From Alphaproteobacteria bacterium (GTDB lineage Bacteria; Pseudomonadota; Alphaproteobacteria; MPNO01; UBA830): DNA of 64,000 bases. Each line of letters starts with the position of its first letter. Position 1 is the first letter of the stretch. Below the pieces are notes generated by a model that did not search any database, was not told the DNA's origin, and saw only the letters and a list, made by a program, of their open reading frames with translations. This document shows positions 44,189-54,749 of the stretch, one piece after another. The translations under genes and the position numbers were made by a program. The stretch spans positions 2,112,001 through 2,176,000 of the forward strand of contig OZ219790.1 in NCBI GenBank assembly GCA_964291215.2, read 5' to 3'.

Positions 44189-44260
44189 TGCAAACTCCTC
44201 CCGGTCCTGTCACGGATGCACTCTTTTTACCCCCCCCCCCCCCCCCGACCGTCAAGCAAG
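44186..44260 (-). promoter_or_regulatory. poly-G promoter/leader cassette copy 2
   Basis: TTGACG-gtc-G17-TAAAAA...GGAGGA-gtttgca-ATG. Confidence 0.55.
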
Positions 44261-44384
44261 CCCAGTAGTACGGAATCATTGGATTGCTGTAACTGCCCAG
44301 GTCTGCTTCCGGCGATCAGCCACGGGTTATGGACTGAAGCTTCCGGTCTGCTGCCGCGGACGCGGAGGCGAGCGGCGGGGGATT

Positions 44385-45780
44385 TCAGAGGCGCAGTCTC
44401 GGGATCAGCTGCATGGGATCGGGATGCGCCAGGGTTTCGAGGACATTCCAGCGTTGCTTTCGGGCTGTTGCGATGACGGAACGCAGGCTGGCGAAGTCGC
44501 GGGCGCCTTGCATTGATCGGAAGCCGCCCGAGATTTTCTGGCGCAGCTTGCCCATGCGGAGGTCGCGCTCGGCCTGGTTGTTCGAGAAGGGGGTTCTCGG
44601 GTCGGTGAGGAAGCGCAGGCAGCCCTCCTTGTATTTCTGGAGCCGGAGGGCGAGGTTGTGACCGATGCGGCGCTTTTGTCGTCCGTGCTTTCCGCTCTGG
44701 AGGGGCGCCATCTCTTCGTGAGAGGCGATGGCCTGCTCAAGGATGCGGTCCCAGGCTCGGGAGATGCGGGCCACCAGTGAAGCGGGCAGGTCGCGGTCAT
44801 TCTTGCGGGCGAAGCGGGCGGCTCTGTTGGCACGGCTGAGGAGCGGGTGCGTGGTGGCTGCCCAGTTCTCGATCTCGATCAGGGCTTGGAGTTCGCGCAG
44901 GTGATGGGCATTGCAGGCCCCGTGGCGCACGCCTTGGAGAGCGAAGTAGGTGGCGTAGTCGTCATGGATGACGATGCCGTTGAGCTTCTCGTCGATGTGG
45001 CTGCGCCCGGCGGCGATGCGCAGGATGGTCAGCAACGGGGTGCACAGTACGTGGAGCCATTGGGTCCGGGCGGCGATGCGGATGCCGGTCTCGTCGAGGT
45101 GTTTGACCGGGGCCGCGGTGCGGATGATCTCGCCGACACGGTCGAGGAAGCCCTCGAAGCGCCGGGCGGTGCGTCTGCCCATGGCGGCGATGGTGGCGGT
45201 TGAGAGCCTGACCGCGAAGAGGTCGCTCATGACTTCGGCGACGCGCTTCTCCGGAATGAACTGCGCGTGCAGCAGGTAGGTCACCCACGCGGTGATACGC
45301 GGCCCGTACTGGACCGGGGCGCCGTTCGGGAAGACGGCTGTCGTCACGGTGCCGCAGGCGGCACAGAGGCAGCGGTGCTCGGTGACCTCAAGGGGCTGCG
45401 GCACATCGAAGACCTGCCGGCAGACGGGGGCTCGGTGACGCTCAGCGGCCGACAGCGGCGCGCCGCAGCCCGCACAGGCGCAGGGATCATGATCGACGAC
45501 GTGGTCGGGCGTCGCGGTCCGCTCCAGAGTGGTTCCCTTGTGGCTGACCGCCGCCTGTCGGACGTGCCGCTCCGGGTGCGCTGGGGTCCGCTCTTCTTCT
45601 TCAGACCGTCGCTGGCCGGCGACCGGGAGCTGGTGGTGCTGTCGAGCGCGGCACTGCGCTCGAGTTCGGCAATCCGCTCGCGCAAGTGGGCGTTCTCCCG
45701 CTCCAGCGCGTCGTTCTCCCTGACCAGCGCCGCGCTCAGGCGCAGCAGCCCTTGGCCCGGATGGCTTTGATGACCGTCAT
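44385..45780 (-). pseudogene. IS66 TnpC transposase, frameshifted in the 5' part, DDE part open (339 aa)
   Basis: LDSTTSSRSPASDG, KHLDETG, HGACNAHHLREL, FSNNQAERDLRMGKLRQKISGGFRS. Confidence 0.9.
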
Positions 45781-45858
45781 CGCCAGGCATTGTGGGGTGA
45801 AAAGGTCCTGCAGGCACGCAAAAGCCTCGTCGTGGCCGGCGAGGTCCTCGCGCCACCG

Positions 45859-46518
45859 TCACGGGACCTCGCCGGCCATGATCGCGGCCAGCACCGCCAG
45901 GCGTTCGCCCGCCGGCATGGCCTCGTAGAGCCGGCCCCAGTTGGCCGCCTTGCGCTTGATGCGCTGGCGGTCGGTGAAGTTCCGGCCGGCGAAGCGCACC
46001 CAGTGCACCCGGTCGGGCGCGAAGTTGAACCACACCACCTCGGTCCGCACCCGGGCCTGGGTCGTCACCTGCAGCGCCAGCCGGCGCCAGCCCGACAGCA
46101 GGTCGTCATAGAGCGCAGACGGGTGGCCCGAGACCATCACCTGGCAGGGCAGACCCTTGAGCAGCTCAAGCAGCGCGACGTGGTCGGCCTCCGCATACTC
46201 GAAGCGGTAGCGCTGCGACGAACGCCGGGTCGCGTGCAGATAGGGCGGATCGCTGTAGACCAGCTCCGGGCCCAGAAACGCAAACGACGCCAGAAAGGAG
46301 TGGGCGCAGCCATGCACCAACTCCACCGGGTAGTCGCAGCCAAAGGCCTCAAGCGCCCGCTCATCGAGGTCGATCCCGATCGAGCGCACGGCAGCAGGCT
46401 TGCGCTTCATCAGCGCACCGCCCCCCAGGTGACTCTCGATATAGACAGAGTGCGGCGGCATCAGCGCAATCAGCGCCTGGCTCAGACCCGTCGTCGCCTT
46501 CGATCCGAAATACCCCAC
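45859..46518 (-). CDS. compact Dam/D12-like N6-adenine DNA methyltransferase (~219 aa)
   Basis: GYFGSK, YIESHLGGGA (motif I variant), GIDLD, LVYSDPPY (motif IV), TEVVWFNF; GTG start with GAGGAG RBS. Confidence 0.88.
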   Translation of the reverse strand: MGYFGSKATTGLSQALIALMPPHSVYIESHLGGGALMKRKPAAVRSIGIDLDERALEAFGCDYPVELVHGCAHSFLASFAFLGPELVYSDPPYLHATRRSSQRYRFEYAEADHVALLELLKGLPCQVMVSGHPSALYDDLLSGWRRLALQVTTQARVRTEVVWFNFAPDRVHWVRFAGRNFTDRQRIKRKAANWGRLYEAMPAGERLAVLAAIMAGEVP

Positions 46519-46645
46519 CAGCCGCTCCTCCCATGCGAGAGGGCAACCCATAGGCGCGCGCGCCTATGCAGTCAAGGCCGAGAGCAGCGACACGGCGAAC
46601 AAAATCAGCAAGCTCTCACACTTGGCAGGGTACCTGGGTAGTTAC

Positions 46646-47268
46646 GGGATAACTTGAATGGCGGTGCCGGTGATGACACCCTGTATGGTGGCGACGACAA
46701 CGACAACCTGGGCGGCGGTGCCGGTGACGACACCCTGTATGGCGGTGCCGGTTCTGACTTGCTGTATGGCGGTGCCGGCGACGATATCTTGTATACGGGG
46801 GAAAACGACTGGGCCGACAGGGCGTTCGGTGAAGATGGTAACGACATCCTGTACGGCGGTTCCGCTCGCGATAGCCTCTACGGCGGCGACGGGGACGACA
46901 CCCTGTATGGCAGCGATGGTGACGATGACCTTGATGGTGGCTTTGACAACGACATCCTGTATGGCGGTGCTGGCGACGACGAACTCTTCGGCGGCGCGGG
47001 TGATGACACTCTGGAGGGCGGCGATGGCGCCGACGAATTCGTGTTTGGGGCGGATATCCCCACTCGGTCGAGGGAAGAAGGAGGAACCGACACCATTGTC
47101 GATTTCGAGGAGGATGACACCATCGTGATTCACGGAGTCGATGGGTTCCGGTCGCTGGACATCAGACAGGACGGGCTCGACACGGTCATCACCCTGGACT
47201 ATGCAACGATCAGGCTGCAGGACATCGTGGCCGCGTCGCTGGACTCCACGGATTTCGACTTCGTTTGA
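46646..47268 (+). pseudogene. RTX calcium-binding protein C-terminal part, 5'-truncated by IS66
   Basis: More than 10 GGxGxDxLx nonapeptides then ADEFVF..DTIVDF..DFDFV type I secretion-like tail. Confidence 0.85.
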
Positions 47269-47305
47269 TGCAGAATTCCGGAGGTCGTGGAGAAATAAAT
47301 TCAGA

Positions 47306-48495
47306 CCCCACTTCCAGTCTGAAGTGCAACACCCGGCCCTCATCGCAGTGAGGGCGTAGCCCGAACGGAGATGAGGGCCGGGTGTTGCGCAAATTTTTCC
47401 CCTCTGCCCCTCTCGATTCCGCTTGGGAACAGCTTCAGTTCCTTCAACATCGAGCTTATGCAACGCCTTTGTCGGCTTCAAGCCACTATTCCGCCGTCGC
47501 GCGGCATGGACCCTGCTGCACGTTGCGGCTTTGGAACGCAGATGGTCAGGGCGGTTTCACTTCAAGATTACCTCCGTCGGCGATCCCAGAACTTTCCGAA
47601 TGTTGAGCCGATCCTTCTGAACATCTTCGTTGCATGTCGCGCGAAAGTCCGTGCCCTTCGGGAAGTACTCCCGCACCAGGCCGTTGGTGTGCTCATTCAA
47701 GCCGCGCTCCCAAGAATGGAAAGGCGAAGAAGAAATCTGCGTCAAGTGCGACACGCCTGTGGTCTGCGAACTCCTTGCCGTTGTGATTGTGTGGACCAAT
47801 AGCGCACCAGAGCCGAGCAGGCGGATCATACCAACCGTGTCTTTCTGTCCACCCAGCAAGATGTATTTCGTGGCACGATCAACCAGCGACAGCTCCACTG
47901 TGAGCTTTGCCGATGATGGCTCCCAGTCGCCGACCCGTTCCTTTGCCTCCGCAGGGCGCTCGGAAATGTCTACCCGGCCAGAATGGCATCCGCCCTTCCA
48001 GTTCGGCTTCTTGCTGCGCCGCCGAAGCTTCAAGACGCCCCCGGCTCTCCGATCTTCGGCGATCATGGATCCGTTGCCGACCCACGGCCCTCCAGTCGAA
48101 AACGGCCGCTGATCTGCTCGGGGCCCTCCCGCAGCTTTTTCTGAGCTTCAATCCGAGGCGTCAACCGCCAAGAAACAGACGAGGCGGCCCTGCGGCGCGT
48201 TTCTGCCATCCTTTGCGCCTGCTTGTGACGGTAACTCCGTCCCCCGGTGTTGCGCTTGATCTCCCGGAAAATTGTTGATCGGCCCAGCTGCCGAGCAATC
48301 GCACCTTGTGAAAGACCGCTTTTCTGCCTCAATCTGGCATCGCTCTTCGTAGGTGACGGTAGCCTTTGGACATGAACAAGTCCCCTTCATCTTGTACAGG
48401 AACTCTCGCCGCTGCTGGACAGCTCCGCAACATCATGCGTCTAAAAACACATGGCCACAGCCCATCATGTGTTGCACTTCACTATGGAACGGGGG
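47306..48495 (-). mobile_element. IS30-family element, degenerate
   Basis: Third near-identical copy with both TIRs. Confidence 0.92.
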
Positions 48496-48647
48496 AAACT
48501 TTCTGACCTCGTGACGATGTCTGTTGCAGGCTGCGTTCCGGGAACTTGTTGGGTTCGGTTCATTCTTGGCTGTTTTGGCTGATTTTCTCTGGCCGCCGTG
48601 TCCAGGTTAGGGTATTTTAATTTGACACTGGATACGAGATTTCAAAC

Positions 48648-49100
48648 ATGCCGATTACCCTTCCCCTGTGCCCTCTGGAGACGGTTCCGATCGGCAACAG
48701 TTGTTTCGCCATTCTGATTTCGGACGACAGCTTCACCTACTTCTCCAACCTCGTTCCCTTTGACAGCCACCGATGACTGCGCGGCCATGCTGTTGCGGAT
48801 TGGACGCCTGGCTGCGATCAGCGCGGTCTCGCGGCAGGATCTGGCCGACGCATTCGGTGTCTCGTGGGCGACGGTGCAGCGCGTATGACGGCGCTACCTG
48901 GGTGAAACGGAGTTTCTGAAGCCCCGGCGCGGTCGGGGAACTTCAGTGTTCACGCCGGAGCTGACGGAGAAAGCGACGGCGTTGCAGGAAGGGGGCGGCT
49001 CTGCGGTAGCCCGGGTTCTCGGCGTGCCGGCGCCGTCGGTCGACAAGTGGCGGCGGCAGGGGGCGATCGGCAACGCGGAGGCGAGAGCGCGGCGGTACCG
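48648..49100 (+). pseudogene. HTH-containing putative transposase fragment
   Basis: QDLADAFGVSWATVQR and AVARVLGVPAPSVDKW HTH-like segments with stops. Confidence 0.45.
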
Positions 49101-49119
49101 CCTGGCGCGGGTGCGGCGC

Positions 49120-49540
49120 AAGGCACCGTTCGTCGCCGCCGTCGAGAGGCTGCACACCCTCAACGGGTGAAGCTCACCGTCGTCAAGGGCTTCCGGCGCA
49201 CCGAAATCGCCGCCTGGGCGCGGGTCGTGTCCGACGGCCTGACGTGCTTCAACGGCGTGAGCGCAACCAGGTGCGCTCACGCCAAGGTCGTGGTCGGCAG
49301 CGGGCGAGCCGCCGTCGAGCATTCCGAGTTTCGATGGATCAACACGCTTCTCGGCAACATCAAGAGCGCGTGGCACCTATCATACGGTTCGCCCCAGGTA
49401 CGCGCAGCGCTATCTGGCTGAGTTCGAATACCGCCGTCGTTTCGATCTGCTCGACCTCATCTCGAGGTTATCGCGCTCAGAACCCCGCCAATGCCAGAAA
49501 GGCCGCCCAAGATATGCTTAGTTTGAGTGGGAATTAGGAA
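49120..49540 (+). mobile_element. IS1595-family 3' fragment
   Basis: KAPFVAAVE, VVSDGLTCF, FRWINTLLGNIKSA, RYLAEFEYR. Confidence 0.8.
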
Positions 49541-49569
49541 ACTGAATGTAGCGCAGGAAAGGCTTGGAG

Positions 49570-49595
49570 TGATCCACCGGAGCCATTATTGCGTA
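49570..49595 (+). promoter_or_regulatory. sigmaE-type promoter of the fatty-acid modification operon
   Basis: TGATCC-N15-GCGTA, 24 nt upstream of ATG 49620. Confidence 0.85.
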
Positions 49596-49619
49596 TTGGA
49601 GATCATGGTATTGGATACC

Positions 49620-50918
49620 ATGAATCAAGAGGCAACGGAGCGCCCGGTACCGGCCGGGGCACGACGCAGGATTGCCGTGATCGGTGCGGGCATATCGGGC
49701 CTCGGCGCGGCTTGGCTCCTGTCGCGTGCGCATGATGTCGTGTTGTTCGAATCTGCGGACCGCCTGGGCGGCCATGCTCGTACCGTTACAGCCAGAATGC
49801 AGGATCGGGAGGTGGCGGTTGATACCGGTTTCATCGTCTTCAACCGTACCAATTATCCCTGCCTCTACCGGCTGTTCGACCGTCTAGACGTACCGGTCCG
49901 CAAGAGCGACATGTCCTTCGCCGTGTCCGTGGACGGTGGCGCCATGGAATACGGTTGTCGCAATATCAGGGCCGTTCTGGCTCAGCCGGGGAATGCGGCA
50001 AAACCGGGCTTCTGGCGCATGTTCCGCGACATCGCGGTCTTCAACCGGACTGCGCTGGCAGACGCGGACGACGACCCGGAGCTGACCCTTGGCGGCCTGA
50101 TCCGGCAACGGCAGTTCGGCACCTGGTTCGAACGATATTATCTTCTGCCGATGAGCGGCGCGATCTGGTCGACGCCGCGCTCGCAGATGCTGAATTTTCC
50201 GGCTGGCGTCCTCACCCGCTTCTTCGACAATCACGGACTGCTCTCCTTTGCAGGTCAGCATCGTTGGTGGACCGTGGAAGGTGGATCCTGCAACTATGTC
50301 TCCCGGATGGTAGCCGACATGGACGTCGAACTGCGGCTCCGCGCGCCCGTCGAGGCGGTGACCCGCGAACCAGGCGGTGTCCGCGTCCGGGCGGTAGGGC
50401 AGGAACTGGAGCGGTTCGACAGCGCGGTGTTCGCCTGCCATGCCGATACGGCGCTGGCGATCCTGAAAGATGCCGGGCCGGACGAACGACGCGTCCTCGC
50501 CGGGATCCCGTTCCGACGCAACAGGATCGTGCTCCATACGGACGCCCGGCTGATGCCGCGGCGCAAGGCCTGCTGGTCAAGCTGGGTGTATCTGGCAAGG
50601 ACTGGGCCTGACGAACACCGGGCATCGGTAACCTACTGGATGAACTCGCTCCAGGGTATCCCGCGCGACACGCCGCTGTTCGCGACGCTCAATCCGTCGA
50701 TACCGGTCGACGAGTCGCGCATTCTGGACGAGCATGCGTTCGACCATCCCCAATACGATTTCGGGACGATCGCCGCACAGGCTGCGCTGCCGTCGATTCA
50801 GGGCCGTGCGGACACGTGGTATTGCGGGGCATGGACTGGTACCGGCTTCCACGAGGATGGCTTTGCAAGCGCAGTCCGGATCGCCGAGAATCTCGGGGTT
50901 TTACCACCATGGGCGTGA
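49620..50918 (+). CDS. FAD-dependent oxidoreductase (RSP_1091/UfaD-like)
   Basis: GAGISGL, RLGGHART, VDTGFIVFN..YP, GFHEDG. Confidence 0.88.
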   Translation: MNQEATERPVPAGARRRIAVIGAGISGLGAAWLLSRAHDVVLFESADRLGGHARTVTARMQDREVAVDTGFIVFNRTNYPCLYRLFDRLDVPVRKSDMSFAVSVDGGAMEYGCRNIRAVLAQPGNAAKPGFWRMFRDIAVFNRTALADADDDPELTLGGLIRQRQFGTWFERYYLLPMSGAIWSTPRSQMLNFPAGVLTRFFDNHGLLSFAGQHRWWTVEGGSCNYVSRMVADMDVELRLRAPVEAVTREPGGVRVRAVGQELERFDSAVFACHADTALAILKDAGPDERRVLAGIPFRRNRIVLHTDARLMPRRKACWSSWVYLARTGPDEHRASVTYWMNSLQGIPRDTPLFATLNPSIPVDESRILDEHAFDHPQYDFGTIAAQAALPSIQGRADTWYCGAWTGTGFHEDGFASAVRIAENLGVLPPWA

Positions 50919-51670
50919 CTGACCCGTCCGTCGTCAGGGCGCGAGTGGTCCACTCCCGGCGCAAGCCGGTGAACAATCGCTTTACCTACGGCATCGACTG
51001 TCTGCTGCTCGACGAGGCGCTGCTCACGGGAACCCGGAGAACCCGGCTCTTCTCCTTCGGTCGGCCCAACGTCATTTCTCTGCATCCATCCGACCACGGC
51101 GTTGTCGATTGCACCGGTGTCGAAGGCGTCCGCCGGCTGGCTCGAGAAGCGGGTATCGGCGGCATCGATAGCGTGCTCCTGCTGACCCATCCGCGCTATT
51201 GGGGCTACACGTTCAATCCAGTCAGCTTCTGGTTCCTCGCAGGCGCCACCGGCAATCTCCGGGCCGTGCTGGCAGAGGTCCACAATACCTTCGGCGACCG
51301 TCACGGCTATCTTTGCACGGGCAAGAACGGCACCGATATCGCACGCGACCACTGGACCATTATCGCTAAGCACTTTCACGTCTCACCCTTCTTCGACATC
51401 GCGGGCGAATACCGGTTCCGGTTCCTGCTGGATGAGGCCCGTATCGCCGTGCGTATCGTCTATGACGACGGCGCAGGCGGCGGGCTCGATACGGCCATAG
51501 CCGGTACGCGCCGTCCTTTTACCGACCGGGAACTCGGCCGGGCACTCCTGCGCCGGCCGTTGGGTGCCGCCCGAACGACGGCGCTGATCCACTGGCAGGC
51601 GCTCCGTCTGTGGCACAAGGGGGTGCCTTACCGGCATCGCGCGAAGCCGCCGGAGCAGAGCATCACATGA
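50909..51670 (+). CDS. DUF1365 family protein (RSP_1090/UfaO-like)
   Basis: HSRRKP, GYTFNPVSFW, AEVHNTFG, KHFHVSPF, IHWQALRLW.KG. Confidence 0.9.
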   Translation: MGVTDPSVVRARVVHSRRKPVNNRFTYGIDCLLLDEALLTGTRRTRLFSFGRPNVISLHPSDHGVVDCTGVEGVRRLAREAGIGGIDSVLLLTHPRYWGYTFNPVSFWFLAGATGNLRAVLAEVHNTFGDRHGYLCTGKNGTDIARDHWTIIAKHFHVSPFFDIAGEYRFRFLLDEARIAVRIVYDDGAGGGLDTAIAGTRRPFTDRELGRALLRRPLGAARTTALIHWQALRLWHKGVPYRHRAKPPEQSIT

Positions 51671-52182
51671 TTCTTCGCCTTGTTCTGCTCGCACTGGTGC
51701 TCGGTGTCGAGAGCGCCGCCGCAGCGCTACCGGAACTCTCGGGCCGGGTCGCGGCCACGCATCCCTCAGGCTGCGCCGATTACAGATTTATGTTCTTCAG
51801 GCTTTACAGGGCAGAACTGTGGACGGACGCCATTGCGTTGCCTGGGGAAAAGTTCGGGCTGTCCCTGATCTATCACCGCGGTTTTAGCCACGACGAACTG
51901 GTCTCAAGCTCGATATCCGAGATGGCGCGCATATCGGGCCGGGCCGAAGCGAGCTTTGCCGCCACGCGTATGCAACTCCGACGGGCGATGCGAAGCGTAG
52001 CCGAGGGTGACCGTTATACGGCGTGGCGCAACGGCCCCGGCCGCGTCGAGTTTTTCCTCAATGGCAGGCCGACGGGCGTGCTGACGCAGGACTCCGATCT
52101 GTTTCTTGATATCTGGCTCGGCCCTGCCAGCCGTGACCCTGAGCGGAGGAACACGCTGCTCTCCGGGCGCTGCGATGACTGA
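51667..52182 (+). CDS. chalcone isomerase-like exported protein
   Basis: Signal peptide, FRLYRAELW, FLDIWLG; operon context. Confidence 0.75.
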   Translation: MILRLVLLALVLGVESAAAALPELSGRVAATHPSGCADYRFMFFRLYRAELWTDAIALPGEKFGLSLIYHRGFSHDELVSSSISEMARISGRAEASFAATRMQLRRAMRSVAEGDRYTAWRNGPGRVEFFLNGRPTGVLTQDSDLFLDIWLGPASRDPERRNTLLSGRCDD

Positions 52183-53419
52183 AACCCGCGGTCCCGCGCG
52201 ACGCGACCTGGTTCCGCCCGCCTCGGTCGCGGCCATGCTCGCCTTTGGCGGCCTGCCACTCTACATCCACGCGCCGCGCTACTATGCCGAAGAGATGGGA
52301 GTCGGCCTCGCCACGCTCGGCCTCGCGATGCTGGCGGCGCGCGCGACGGACAGCCTGCAGGACCCCGTTATCGGTCGACTGGCGGACCGTTGGCGGCGCC
52401 ACCGGGACGCATGGGCTCTGGGCTCAGGTCTTTTGCTTGTGGCCGGCTTCGGCCTGCTGTTTTCACCGCCGGGATGGGGTGCGCCGCTGCCGCGTCTGAC
52501 CGTCGGTCTGCTGGCTGCCTTCACCGGCTTCAGTGCGCTGCAGATCGCGCTCTATGACCATGGCCTCGCACAAGCTCACGCGGCAGGCGGGGGCTACAAC
52601 CGGATCGCCCTCTGGCGCGAAGCCGGGGGGCTCTCCGGCGTCTGCCTCGCCGCTGCGGCTCCGGCCGTGCTCGGATCGGTCTTCGGCCCGGCCTATGCCT
52701 ACGCTGGCTACGCCGCCGCGTTCGGGCTCTTCTCCTTGGTCGCACTCGGACGGATGCGCGGCCGATGGCTGGCCTCCGGCAACTCCGGCCCGGAGGGCGG
52801 CTTCACCTACGCCCTGCGCGTCCCGGGCGTCGCGCCAGTCCTGATGTTCGGTTTCGTCAACGCCTTGCCAACCGCAGTGACTTCGACACTTTTCCTGTTC
52901 TTCGTTTCCGACATTCTCGCCGCCGAAACCCACGCAGGTCCCATGCTGTTGGTTTTCTTCGCTGCGGCGGCTGCAGCGGCGCCGGCCTGGGCACGGCTGG
53001 CCGACAGGATCGGGCGCAAGGCGGGGCTCGCGGCAGGCATGGCGCTTTCGGTCCCGGTCTTCGTCTGGGCCTGGATGCTGGGGCCCGGCGATATCGCGCC
53101 GTTCTACGCCATTGCCGCCGCCTCCGGCGCGGCGCTCGGCGCTGACATGACGCTGACGCCCGCATTGCTGGCGGCACGGATCCAGGCCAGTGGCGGGCTG
53201 GTGTTCTCGGTCTGGACGTTGCTCCAGAAGACCGCGCTGGCCTTCGCCGCCGGCGCAACCCTGCCGGTGCTCGCGCTTGCGGGATACGAGCCGGGAGCGA
53301 CCGGCGAGGAGGGGCACGCGGCACTCGCCGCGGCCTACGCACTGGTCCCCTGCGCTCTCAAGCTGGCCGCGATCCCGGTGCTGTGGATATTCGTCAACGA
53401 TGTGGGAGACGACGCGTGA
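52175..53419 (+). CDS. MFS (GPH-like) transporter
   Basis: Multiple TM segments, DSLQDPVIGRLADR, RLADRIGRK. Confidence 0.85.
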   Translation: MTETRGPARRDLVPPASVAAMLAFGGLPLYIHAPRYYAEEMGVGLATLGLAMLAARATDSLQDPVIGRLADRWRRHRDAWALGSGLLLVAGFGLLFSPPGWGAPLPRLTVGLLAAFTGFSALQIALYDHGLAQAHAAGGGYNRIALWREAGGLSGVCLAAAAPAVLGSVFGPAYAYAGYAAAFGLFSLVALGRMRGRWLASGNSGPEGGFTYALRVPGVAPVLMFGFVNALPTAVTSTLFLFFVSDILAAETHAGPMLLVFFAAAAAAAPAWARLADRIGRKAGLAAGMALSVPVFVWAWMLGPGDIAPFYAIAAASGAALGADMTLTPALLAARIQASGGLVFSVWTLLQKTALAFAAGATLPVLALAGYEPGATGEEGHAALAAAYALVPCALKLAAIPVLWIFVNDVGDDA

Positions 53420-53973
53420 GAACAAGACACTTCCCGGGCTCGGGCCTGCTGTTCGATCTCGGCGCACAGGGCGTTGGCGATTATGCCGACGCGACGCCGG
53501 TACTCGACCTTCGTGACTATCTGAACGGGCCGCTGACCGCTTCGGGCGTGTTCTTCGGCCTTTCCGGCCGGGCCGAACGGCGCTTCACCGTCGACATGGC
53601 TGGGCGCTGGTCAGGTAGCAAGGGCAGGCTCGAAGAGTACTTCCGCTACAACGACGGCGAGATCGGCCGCCGTCGCTGGGACCTGACCTTCCGCGACGAC
53701 AGAACCTTCACCGCAACCGCGCATGATGTCGAAGGCATGGCTGAGGGCGCACAGTGCGGCAACGCGGCCGTGATGCACTACCGGCTGCGAGTGCCAAGAG
53801 CGAAAGGCGATATCGTCGTCAGTATGGAGGACTGGTTCTACCTCATGGACGACGGCACGCTTATCAACCGGGCGCGCATGTCCAAATTCGGGCTCAAGGT
53901 CGGCGAGCTGTGTGTCTCCTTCCGCAAGCGCGACGCCGGAGAGACCTCCGTCGCGCCGGCGGATCCGCCGTGA
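53416..53973 (+). CDS. DUF3833 family protein
   Basis: LDLRDYLNG, RRFTV, EDWFYL, NRARMSKFG. Confidence 0.85.
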   Translation: MRTRHFPGSGLLFDLGAQGVGDYADATPVLDLRDYLNGPLTASGVFFGLSGRAERRFTVDMAGRWSGSKGRLEEYFRYNDGEIGRRRWDLTFRDDRTFTATAHDVEGMAEGAQCGNAAVMHYRLRVPRAKGDIVVSMEDWFYLMDDGTLINRARMSKFGLKVGELCVSFRKRDAGETSVAPADPP

Positions 53974-54749
53974 ACCGGCTCGCCGGCAAGCGCTTCTGGC
54001 TGGTCGGCGCCAGTGCCGGCATCGGCCGGGAGCTTGCCCTGCGGCTGGCGCAGGAGGGAGCCGCCGTCGCCGTTTCGGCGCGCGACGCAGTGGCGCTCGC
54101 CGGCTTGCTCGACAAGATGACGCCCGCGCAAACCATCCTCGGCGGCCACTCTGCAGTACCGTTCGATGTTACCGACAGCGCCCACACCTTGCAGGCGTTC
54201 GACTGCGCGGGCCCGGTGGACGGCGTCATCTACTGCGCCGGCGCCTACGAGCCGATGTCGGCGCGCAGGCCCGACCTGGACGCGCTTGAGGAGATCGTCG
54301 ACGTCAACCTCACCGGCGCCCTGCGCGTCCTGGCGGCCTGCGTACCGACGTTCTGCCGGCACGGATGCGGACATATCGTGTTGCTCGGCTCACTCTCCGG
54401 ATATCGCGGATTGTCCCACGCCTGGGGGTATGGTGCGACCAAGGCGGCACTGATCCATCTCGCCGAGAACCTGCGCTGCGACCTTCGCGGATCGGGCATC
54501 ACGGTGCAGGTCTGCAACCCGGGTTTCGTGGCCACCCGGTTGACCGACAAGAATCGGTTCGAAATGCCGTTCATCATGACCCCGAAAGCGGCGGCCGACC
54601 GGATCGTGCGCGGTATGGCGCGGGGCCGGTTCGAAATCGCCTTTCCCTTCACCATGATGGCGGCGCTGAAGCTTCTCGCAGCGCTGCCGCGGCCGGTCTA
54701 TTTCGCGCTACTGGCGCTTGCTGCCGGCAAACCGGACGAAACTCCGTGA
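53970..54749 (+). CDS. short-chain dehydrogenase/reductase
   Basis: GASAGIG, YGATK, NPGFVAT. Confidence 0.92.
   Translation: MNRLAGKRFWLVGASAGIGRELALRLAQEGAAVAVSARDAVALAGLLDKMTPAQTILGGHSAVPFDVTDSAHTLQAFDCAGPVDGVIYCAGAYEPMSARRPDLDALEEIVDVNLTGALRVLAACVPTFCRHGCGHIVLLGSLSGYRGLSHAWGYGATKAALIHLAENLRCDLRGSGITVQVCNPGFVATRLTDKNRFEMPFIMTPKAAADRIVRGMARGRFEIAFPFTMMAALKLLAALPRPVYFALLALAAGKPDETP

Larger units (their letters stand above)
44289..46645 (-). mobile_element. IS66-family element carrying a DNA adenine methyltransferase
   Basis: TIRs gtaactgcccaggt / acctgggtagttac enclose MTase and tnpC; no matching 8-bp target duplication. Confidence 0.9.

Noticed and set aside
45859-46518. Restriction-modification system
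   Set aside because: No adjacent endonuclease or specificity gene; MTase lies inside IS66 ends
43880-47268. One RTX gene simply interrupted by IS66
   Set aside because: The two RTX pieces are on opposite strands pointing away from each other and no target duplication flanks the IS
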